Shown here piece after piece: positions 23,639-33,772 of a stretch of DNA of 64,000 nt (position 1 is the first letter of the stretch; every line of letters begins with the position of its first letter). The translations under genes and the position numbers were made by a program. This DNA comes from Azolla caroliniana (taxonomy: Eukaryota > Plantae > Polypodiophyta). The notes below the pieces were generated by a model, which was not told the origin of the DNA, searched no databases, and worked only from the letters and a program-made list of their open reading frames with translations. The DNA is taken from positions 3,472,001 through 3,536,000 of the forward strand of contig JBHGNT010000018.1 of assembly GCA_043228905.1 (NCBI GenBank), read 5' to 3'.

Positions 23639-26451
23639 TTTTTTTTTTTTGATAAAAAATATGCTCCATTGGTATTAAAATTAACAATGTCAAAGGCAAT
23701 GTACAAATTGTACATAATAGTTTCCACTCCATAATATATATCATCAAGAAAAGGACTAACTATCAACGATGGCATTTGGCAAGACTCAGCCTTTGCCAAC
23801 ACCACCTTAGCTACAACAAGTTAGGATTCCATGAGACCATATACGTAGTACGAAGTATCTAAAACCCATCTTCAATTGGCCCTTGTTATGACCTCTAAAA
23901 ACCTTTCATGTTGCAACCAACATTGGCTGAATGTGATTCTGCATATATATTAAAGCTCTTCGCTCCATCCATACTCAACATGTAACCAAATTCTTGTTGC
24001 TTGAGATAAAACATGATGGGCCGCCTTGGATAGCGCGCATCTATCATCTCCCATATCGAAATGAGCATGTCCTTTATCTCCACTAACATTGAAAATATAC
24101 TTGTAATGAATCTCCCTATAAAACAAGATTATCTACATCCTCCTTACCTCAAAAAGAAAATATGCTTCGATCCCCCACCATCTTCGCTCAATCCTTATCA
24201 CAAAACATAACTCTACTTCAGTCGGTTAGCATCAACCATCTCGCCGCTTACCACCAAAGTCCTATAAAAATAACAAAAAAAAGAGTCTCGTGTGTTTCTC
24301 ATCCCCTCAAGATCTACTTCGGCCACCCCCCACCATCATCACTCATAAAAACAAACAAATTGCTTCATTCAGTCCACATCAACCATCTCGCCAATTACCA
24401 ACAAAGTCCTGTACCAATAACAACCAAATAAGTGAAAATTATTTCCTCATCCCCTCATGATCTTCTTCAACCCTCACACCATCATCACTCATCCTCCCAT
24501 CATGACAAATATGCATCAAACCCCATCACCATCATCCCTCAATCTATGATAACCATAACTTCTTCTTAACTCGGCCCACATCTGAAGTGCATCTCGTTGA
24601 CCCACTTGCCAAAATAATCTGCTTCAGCCCCCACACCAACATCACTCACCCTGATCACAAAAAACAAAAAATCAGCTTCAACATGTCCACTTCCACCATC
24701 TCACTATCTCCAATTAACTCAGGATTCCTGCCTCTTGCCGCTAAAATCCACCAATGTCCTGTCCAAATAACAACAAAGTAAGTGGAAAATGTTTTCCTCA
24801 TCCTCTCGTGATCCACTTCAGCCCTCACACCATCACCACTCATCCTCTCGCCATGCCACTTATGCTTCAAACCCCATCACCATCATCCCTCAACCTATGA
24901 GAACCATAACATCTTCTTGACTCAGCCCACATATGTAGTATCTCGCTAACCCTCTTGCCCTGCCGCCGAATACCGAGAAAATCTTGTACTAACAGCCACC
25001 TTCTCATAATAAACGACTACATATGCCACAGAGGAAGGTAGGGATTGAACCCAAGACCTCATGGTCTCTATTTCTATTGGGCAAACCTTACCACTTGAGC
25101 TACATATGCATCCTTGTATTTAATTCAACTTCATATAGTGTAGATTGAACATTGGAAGTTCCTAGCTTACATGCATTCTCATTCTCTAGCTCGCATGCAT
25201 CCTCACGCATTCTCTATTGCGTGCATCCTCATGCACTCTATTTCTAGCTGGCTTACATAGCCCTACCCTCTTGTATAAATACTCATGTGCACCTTGATTC
25301 TAATCAATGTGTACAACACAAGTTACGGATTCTATAAGTTGAGTTCTTGTTCTTTTCCTCTCTCTTGTTCTCCAATCTTATCTTCATTCTACTCTATTAT
25401 ACTTGTCTGTGACCGTTTGTACACCTTGCTTTTCTTTCTACCATGTCCGGCTCCGTCGACAACCTAAACCAAATCATGGCAGCCTCGCAACAACTTCAAC
25501 TGGAGAATGAAATCCTTCGGGAATCATTACGAGAGTTGCAATCCGGCACTTCAAGAAATCCACTAGCCGTCGAGTCACAACCACCATCGACACCTAGCCC
25601 GACCATGTCCTCTTCTCATTCATATGTCCTCAAACCAACCATCAGCCTACCCGACAAATTCAATGGCACGAGGGTGTATCTTCGCGGATTCATCAACCAA
25701 ATTCGGCTTATCATCCGATTATAGCCCCAACGGTATGCTAGCGACTTTTCTCGGGTTGGGCTTGTCGGCACGCTTCTCTCTGGGCCGGTGCAAGCGTGGT
25801 TTGCACCCTTGATCGAGACCTCATCCCCTCTCTTGGAGGACTTCACCGCTTTCATGGAGGAGCTCGAAGCGACATTTGGCGAGACAAATCGGCAACGAAC
25901 AACATTCACAAAGCTTTATTCTGTCCAACAAGGTTCACGTCCTGCCTCTATCTACACCTCAGAGTTCCGCCAGATTGCCTGCGATTTAGTTGGGATGACC
26001 AAGCCCTATGCGACCATTTCCATCGTGGTCTCCGAAATGACATCAAGACTATTCTCTTAAACTTCTCGAAGCCCACATCGTTGTCTCAGGTAATCTCCCA
26101 AGCTGTCCAGTGTGACAATCGTCTTTTCGAACTTCGTCAAGAAGAACGGGGGACTCGCGGGTCTCAGGCTTCTTCTCGGAATGCAGCAATCACCAAGCCC
26201 TACTTGTCGCCCACGCCAACCTTACCATCAGCCAGTGAAAACCATACCACAATGGAGGTCGATTCCCATACCCCGATGGAGATTGACCATGCTCAGTTCT
26301 AACCACTAACTGAAGCCCAACGCCAACATCGTTGGGACAATGGACTCTGTCTCTATTGTGGCAACCCCGGCCATGTCATTCGCCATTGCCCTGTGCGAGG
26401 CCCTCGAAACCAATTCCATCGTGCACATCTTGCGGAGGTTCCTCGACAACA

Positions 26452-26495
26452 GGAAAACGACCAAGTCCGGCTACAGTAGGAGCCATGCCGTTGGA
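26452..26495 (+). promoter_or_regulatory. Putative -1 ribosomal frameshift signal between gag and pol
   Basis: G_GAA_AAC heptamer in the gag frame (QEND...LQ*), with pol in the -1 frame (GKRPSP). A potential stem-loop gtccggct...agcc...gccgttggac follows after ~6 nt. Confidence 0.65.
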
Positions 26496-27217
26496 CGCTT
26501 CCCATTACTCACCTTCTCCATGCTCCTACAAGTCCGAACCGCCATTAGGAGGGTTTTCTTTGCAAGTAAGTCTTTTTTTTTGTTCAACTTCAATACATTC
26601 TCATGCCTTGCTTGACTCTAGAGCATCTACTTGCTTTATCGATAAATCGTTTGTATGCACACATAATATCCCCACCGTCTGCACATCACAAACCATATCC
26701 GTTGAGACGATCGACGATCGGGTTCTCTCATCGGGGGCGGTTACAGAAACCACTATCCCGTTGGTACTTCAAATCGGGGCACACCAGGAGGAATTGACGT
26801 TCTACCTTATCGTGGCCCCCCCACATCCGATTGTGTTGGGGCTATCTTGGTTGGAGACACACAATCCGACAGTGGATTGGTGTAGCCGCTCCATCACTTT
26901 TCCAACAACGCCAATTCTTGCTCGATCACGACACTCTCTTGATTCTGTTGCGGTCGAGTCCGGTTTGGTCGCTACACTGGCCGTTGTGTCGGGGAACATC
27001 ACCGTTCCTGTCACCAATTTACCCATCCGATATAGCGACTTTTCCGACATCTTCGAAAAGCGGAATGTTGATCGATTACCGGCTCATCGCCCCTACGATT
27101 GCCCAATAGAACTCCAAGCTGGCGAGCATCCTCCATTCGGTCCTATCTATGGGTTATCCGAACCCGAACTTGAGGCTCTCCGCACATATTTGGCTGAGAA
27201 TCTCGAGAAGGGCTTCA

Positions 27218-30200
27218 TGTTGGGATTACGGTCCCTTCGGATGGGATGGTCGGATGTCAGAGATGAATGCCGACGAGCCCGGTTTCGGTTTCGGAACCGG
27301 ATGATGGAGACCCCGGCTTCGGAGCCGGATGACGAATGTACCCGGAGAGAGATCCGGATGCGGGGACATATCTGTGAATATGTTTGCCAAGGGCCCTTGA
27401 GGCTATAGTTGTAAATAGCCCCAAAGTCATATGTGTATAAATATGACTTAGGGCAAATAGTTTTTAAGTTGCTACTCATTTTTCTGTTTTTTCACAAAAG
27501 AGGAGTGAAGAGAGAGCAGCCGTGAGAGAGAGAGAGATAGAGCGTGAGAGAGGAAGAGGTCGACGCCTCTGTGTAATACCGCCGCCTGTGGCGAGGACAG
27601 CGAGCTCAAGGTCGTCGCCTTGCAGCTCGCCATTGTATATTTCTCTGTGCATAGTTCGTTTGGAGTCTTGTACTCCCGTGGTTTTTCCCGTCTAGGGTTT
27701 TCCACGTTAATCCCTGTGTATTCGTGTTCTTTCTCTGTGGTTCCTATTTTCTGCTGCATTGATTCGTGCTTACTCGGTTGTGGCCGAGTGGTGAAGGTTA
27801 ATCGGAGCGTCGATTACTCAACAAATTGGTATCAGAGCGAGTTGCTGCAGAAAATGGAAGGCGGCGGCAGCGGGCAGCCGGGGATGATGGTGCTGAATGC
27901 GCAGAATTACGCCGACTGGAAGATCAAGATGGAGGATCTTCTGATTGTTCGGGACCTGTACGAACTGATTGACAGGTCGGAAATACCGAAGGGGGTACTT
28001 GAGTCGGAATGGAGGCTTCTGAACCGGAAAGTCGTTGCAACCATTCGGCAATACGTAGACGTGAGCGTTCTACAACATGTGGCGAACGACACCAACGCAT
28101 ATGAGATGTGGCGGAAGCTGTCGGGCCTCTATGAGAGGAAGAATGCGTTGAACCGGACCTCCCTGATGAGGAAGATAGTGAACCTCAAGTACCGGGACGG
28201 CGAGAGTATGGTGGAACACGTAAGCACGTTCATGGGATTCGTGAATCAGCTTGCGGCGATCAAGTTCCCGTTGGAGGATGCAATGCAAGCCATCATTCTG
28301 ATGTGTACATTGCCGGAAAGCTGGGAGAACTTGGTGGTGACTCTCAGCACCTCCTGCACCGAAGATAACTTGTCCCTACAAACGGTAAAGACAAGTATTT
28401 TGAACGAAGAAGCGCGTCGGAGAGATAAAGAACCGGCCTCCGACTCGAAGGCGCTGCTTACCGAATCGGAACGGGGAAGACAATGGAACCGGAGTCCGCA
28501 AAGACGGGAGAAGTCGGGGACCCGGTCGCAGTCAAGAGGAAGACCCACATGCTTCCACTGTGGGAAGCCGGGGCACTTCCGGAAGAATTGTCGGCACTAC
28601 CGAAAGGACAACGGAGCCGACGACACCGATTCGAAGAAGTCTTCGGAACGAAACGGTGCATACCGGGGAGCCACGGACCGGAGAGGTCCGGATCGGCGAG
28701 GGCAGGACCGGAAAGGAACGACGGCACTCGCGGCAAGTGAGGAAGAAATCATGCTCATCACCGAAGAAGGTGAACTAAACATTGCCGGCGATGAGACGAC
28801 CTGGGTGGTCGATTCCGGAGCATCGTTCCACCTGACCCCAGAAAGAAGATACTTCTCATCCTACACAGCCGGTGAGCATGGTTGTGTTCGGATGGGAAAT
28901 GAAGGTACGTGCCGGATTGCCGGCATAGGAGACGTGTGGTTGACAACCCCGACCAGATGCAAAATGCTGCTGAAGGATGTCTGACACGTTCCGGAGGTTC
29001 GATTGAACCTGATTTCGGCCGGGAGGCTAGACGATGAAGGCTACACAGGTAGCATCCGGAACGGCGTAATGAAGTTCAGCAAGGGAAGCCTGATAGTGGC
29101 TCGGGCCCGGAAAGTCAACACACTGTACCTTATGAATGCCTGGTTGTGTCCGGAAGAGTTGAACGTGGCAGCCGACACTGCCGGTGAGCTGTGGCACAAG
29201 AGACTGTGCCACATGAGTGAGAAGGGGATGAAGAGGCTTGCAGAAGACAACCTTATTCCAGTGAAGCATGTGCACCTGGAGAAGTGCACCGATTGCCTGG
29301 CCGGTAAGCAGAACCGAACCTCCTTCCACTCAAGGCCACCGACGAGACGTAGCGCACCATTGGAGTTGGTGCACACTGATGTGTGTCAGGTAGAAACGAA
29401 GTCACATGGCGGAGCCCAGTACTTCGTAACATTCATTGATGATCACAGCCGGAAGCTGTGGACGGCACCGTTGAAGACAAAGGACCAAGTGTTGTGCGTC
29501 TTCAAAGAACTTCACGCGAGAGTGGAAAGGGAATCCGGCAAGAAGCTGAAAGCGATACGAGCGGATAACGGAGGAGAATACCGGGGGCAGTTCGCGGAGT
29601 ACTGTCGCTCGAAGGGAATCCGGCTCGAGTTTACTGTGCCGAAGACGCCGGAACTGAACGGGTTGGCCGAGAGGATGAACCGGACCATAATGGAGAGGGT
29701 CCGGAGTATGCTGGCGCATGCGAAATTACCCAAGGGGTTTTGGGCTGAGGCGATGTCGACGGCGACATACGTGATAAATAGATCACCCTCAGTACCTTTG
29801 GACGGAGACACGCCGCAGAGAGTGTGGACCGGTAGGGAAGTATCCTACCGGCATCTGAAGGTGTTCGGGTGTCTCGCATATGTGCATGTGGCTAAGGACC
29901 GGAGAGGAAAGCTAGATCCAAAGACCCGGCCATGCATATTCCTCGGTTACGGCGATGACGAGTTCGGCTACCGAGTATGGGACCCGGTCGACAAGAAGAT
30001 ATTCCGGAGTCGTGATATCATCTTCATGGAGAACAAGACACTTGCCGACTGGGAGTCGGAGAAGAAGATGAAGAGCTCCAAGTCGACCGGTGAGGATCAA
30101 CTCTACGAGGAGCAGTCCCGACCGGCAAGGGACCGGTTAGCACTCGAGGATCCGGCCGAAGACGGTGAAGAAACAGAACCAGCCGAAGAAGATGAAAATG

Positions 30201-33200
30201 ATACCGGAACCGGCCCCGATCCCGAAATGGATTCGGATGAAGAAGAATCGGAAGAACCGGTTACCGAAGCTCCGGAACGGAGATATCCTCTAAGAGAGAG
30301 AAGGGCCCCCCGGAGATTTCCGGAACCAGAGCACGTGCTGCTAACCGACGAAGGGGAGCCGGAGAGCTTTGAAGAAGCAAAGCATGACACCCAGAGCCGC
30401 AGGTGGTTGAGTGCCATGCAGGACGAGATGGATTCCCTGCATGAGAACCACACATATGAACTTGTGGAGTTGCCGAAAGGAAAGCGGGCACTTCGAAACA
30501 AGTGGGTGTTCAAGCTGAAACCGGGAGATGCCGGAAACCCCCCGAGATACAAAGCCAGGATTGTGGTGAAGGGGTTTCAGCAGAAGAAGGGCGTCGACTT
30601 CGACGAGATATTTGCCCCGGTAGTGAAGATGACCTCCATCCGGACGGTGCTGAGCATAGCGGCAAGCATGAACCTCGAGGTAGAACAGATGGACGTGAAG
30701 ACGGCATTCCTTCACGGTGACCTCGAAGAAGAGATCTACATGCAGCAACCGGAAGGATTCGAGAAGAAAGGGAAGGAGCACCTGGTATGCCGGTTGAAGA
30801 AGAGCCTTTACGGACTGAAGCAGGCTCCCCGGCTGTCACGGATCATAAACTCAAGAGACAACCAAGAAGATAACCAAATGGACAAGAAAGAAGATAGTAC
30901 TAAAGGAAAGACTCCATAACTGGTGTTGTTCACCTTGAATTCCTTCAAGGTGAACTCCTCTATTTATACTACATGGCATGCACACTTGTTGCACGCATGT
31001 GAATCTACAATAGAGCATGTAGGTATGCATGCATGTGCCAAGTGTAAATACTACAAGGGAGCAACTATGCACATGATGCTAGCAAAATAATAAGGACCAA
31101 TTACATACATAACTAGTACTAGATATCTTGGTTAACTCATAATAGTAGATTATAACATGGTCGTGTCAAGAGTTCGAATCTTGACATCGATCCGTCTCTC
31201 CAAATGTGGCCTCTAACTCGGCGAGGAAGGCGGGAAAGTCCTCCAATAAAGGTGATGAGGTTTCTACCAATGGTGCAAACCAAGCTTGGGCCGGACCGGA
31301 GAGAAGGGTGCCCACAAGACCGACTTGTCGAAGACCATCTCCATAACGTTGAGGTTGTAGCCGAATGATAAGTCGAACTTGGTTGATGAACCCTCGGAAA
31401 CGCGACCTCGTTCCATCAAATTTTTCTGGGAGGCTAACCTTAGGCTCAAGAAACTGTGACGAAGCTAGGCTAGATGTTGGTAGAAGATCGGGCTCTAGGC
31501 TAGGTTGTTGTGGGAGACTAGGGTTCGGGGGTTGTGAGGATAAGGAGGTACCGACTTGAAGTTCTTGTAAAGAATTTCGAAGAGCTTCATTTTCAAGTTG
31601 TAGTTGTCGTAAGGCTACCATTATTTGGCCTAACTCACTAGTTGAGTCGGACATAGCTATGGCTTATGAGAGGGAGAGCTATGAGGATGGGAAGGTGAAC
31701 AAACTGTCACGGATCATAAACTCAAGAGACAACCAAGAAGATAACCAAATGGACAAGAAAGAAGATAGTACTAAAGGAAAGACTCCATAACTGGTGTTGT
31801 TCACCTTGAATTCCTTCAAGGTGAACTCCTCTATTTATACTACATGGCATGCACACTTGTTGCACGCATGTGAATCTACAATAGAGCATGTAGGTATGCA
31901 TGCATGTGCCAAGTGTAAATACTACAAGGGAGCAACTATGCACATGATGCTAGCAAAATAATAAGGACCAATTACATACATAACTAGTACTAGATATCTT
32001 GGTTAACTCATAATAGTAGATTATAACATGGTCGTGTCAAGAGTTCGAATCTTGACACCGGCAATGGTACCGGAAGTTCGACTCTTTCATGACCGACGAA
32101 GGGTACCTCAAAACGCAGTCCGACCACTGCGTGTTTGTGAAGAAGTTCGAAGGAGGAGACTTTCTAATACTCCTCCTGTACATGGACGACATGTTGATCG
32201 TCGGACGAGACCAGGTCAAGATACGGATGCTGAAGAAGGCTCTTCACCGAACCTTCTCAATGAAGGACCTGGGTCCGGCGAGGCAAATACTAGGGATGCA
32301 CATCATCCGGGACCGGAAGAAGAAGCAGTTGTGGCTGTCACAGGAGAAGTACGTGACAAAGGTGCTTCACCGGTTCAACATGTCGGAAGCAAGACCGGTC
32401 GGGTCAACACTCCCGGCAAACTGCAAGCTGTCCAGCAAGCAGAGCCCCAAGACAAAGGCTGAGAAGGAGGACATGATGAAAGTACCATATGCCTCTGCCG
32501 TCGGGAGCTTGATGTACGCAATGGTGTGTACCCGACCAGACATCGGATATGCAGTCGGAGTGGTGAGCCGGTACATGAGCAATCCCGGCAAAGAGCATTG
32601 GAACGCGGCCAAGTGGATACTCCGATACCTGAAGGGCACGGCAAACGTGTGCCTCCGATTCGGCTCCGGTAAGCCCGAACTCGACGGCTTCACCGATTCG
32701 GATATATCGGCTGATGCAGATACCAGCCGGTCCACATCAGGGTATGTGATGACGTATGCAGGGGGAGCTGTTTCATGGCAGTCGAGGCTGCAGAAGACGG
32801 TTGCGTTGTCAACCACGGAGGCAGAGTACATGGCGGCTGTTGAAGCCGGCAAGGAAATAATATGGATGAAGGACTTCATTAGAGAGCTCGGTATCCGGCA
32901 GGAGGAATACCGACTCTACTGCGACAGTCAGAGTGCAATCCACCTTGCGAAGAACGCGGCCTATCACTCCCGGACGAAGCACATCCAGCGAAGATATCAC
33001 TGGATCCGGGAAAGAATAGAAGACAAGGAGTTCGTGCTGACGAAGGTCCACACGGACGAGAACGGGTCGGATATGCTGACCAAGGTGCTCACACCCGACA
33101 AGCTGGAAGCATGCCGGAAGAGGATCGGATTGGAAAGACATCCCATGCCGAAGTGAAGGGGGAGTCTGTTGGGATTACGGTCCCTTCGGATGGGATGGTC

Positions 33201-33772
33201 GGATGTCGGAGATGAATGCCGACGAGCCCGGTTTCGGTTTCGGAACCGGATGATGGAGACCCCGGCTTCGGAGCCGGATGACGAATGTACCCGGAGAGAG
33301 ATCCGGATGCGGGGACATATCTGTGAATATGTTTGCCAAGGGCCCTTGAGGCTATAGTTGTAAATAGCCCCAAAGTCATATGTGTATAAATATGACTTAG
33401 GGCAAATAGTTTTTAAGTTGCTACTCATTTTTCTGTTTTTCCACAAAAGAGGAGTGAAGAGAGAGCAGTCGTGAGAGAGAGAGAGATAGAGCGTGAGAGA
33501 GGAAGAGGTCGACGCCTCTGTGTAATACCGCCGCCTGTGGCGAGGACAGCGAGCTCAAGGTCGTCGCCTTGCAGCTCGCCATTGTATATTTCTCTGTGCA
33601 TAGTTCGTTTGGAGTCTTGTACTCCCGTGGTTTTTCCCGTCTAGGGTTTTCCACGTTAATCCCTGTGTATTCGTGTTCTTTCTCTGTGGTTCCTATTTTC
33701 TGCTGCATTGATTCGTGCTTACTCGGTTGTGGCCGAGTGGTGAAGGTTAATCGGAGCGTCGATTACTCAACA
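27218..33772 (+). mobile_element. Young full-length Copia (Tnt1/Tork-like) with 606-bp LTRs at 27218-27823 and 33167-33772
   Basis: TG...CA ends, TSD CTTCA, PBS TGGTATCAGAGC at 27827-27838, PPT at 33155-33164. gag-pol 27854-33156 is intact except for a TGA at 28982 and the 30834-32057 insertion. Only ~3 LTR mismatches seen by eye. Confidence 0.97.
30834..32057 (-). mobile_element. 1.2-kb non-autonomous mini-Gypsy (TRIM-like): two apparently identical 353-bp LTRs around a 518-bp gag N-terminal fragment
   Basis: LTRs at 30834-31186 and 31705-32057, TSD CCGGC. The gag MSDSTSELGQIM...LPEKFDGTRSRFRGF is homologous to the gag at 25443. Inserted into the Copia RT motif LKQAPR|QWY. Confidence 0.95.

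Noticed and set aside
23650-25018. L1 3' transduction of host sequence
   Set aside because: The region rejoins into an RNase H-like remnant and a tandem array, so it is more likely element-derived. Transduction is not fully excluded.
25030-25110. Functional tRNA gene (also 16940-17005 and 31120-31186)
   Set aside because: No complete cloverleaf or acceptor stem, and each is embedded in an LTR. Reported as tRNA-like modules instead.
27620-27853. N-terminal extension of gag, and the similar ORF start at 33569
   Set aside because: These are non-ATG starts reading through LTR sequence. The real gag ATG is 27854, and ORF 33569-34594 is a chance fusion of LTR and Gypsy RT.
28982-28984. In-frame TGA in the Copia gag-pol as programmed readthrough
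   Set aside because: It falls within pol at a usual Arg position (KDVRHVP). CGA>TGA deamination is the simpler explanation.
27818-33446. Many antisense and alternate-frame ORFs inside the Copia element
   Set aside because: Expected from the high GC content, and none shows a recognisable domain.
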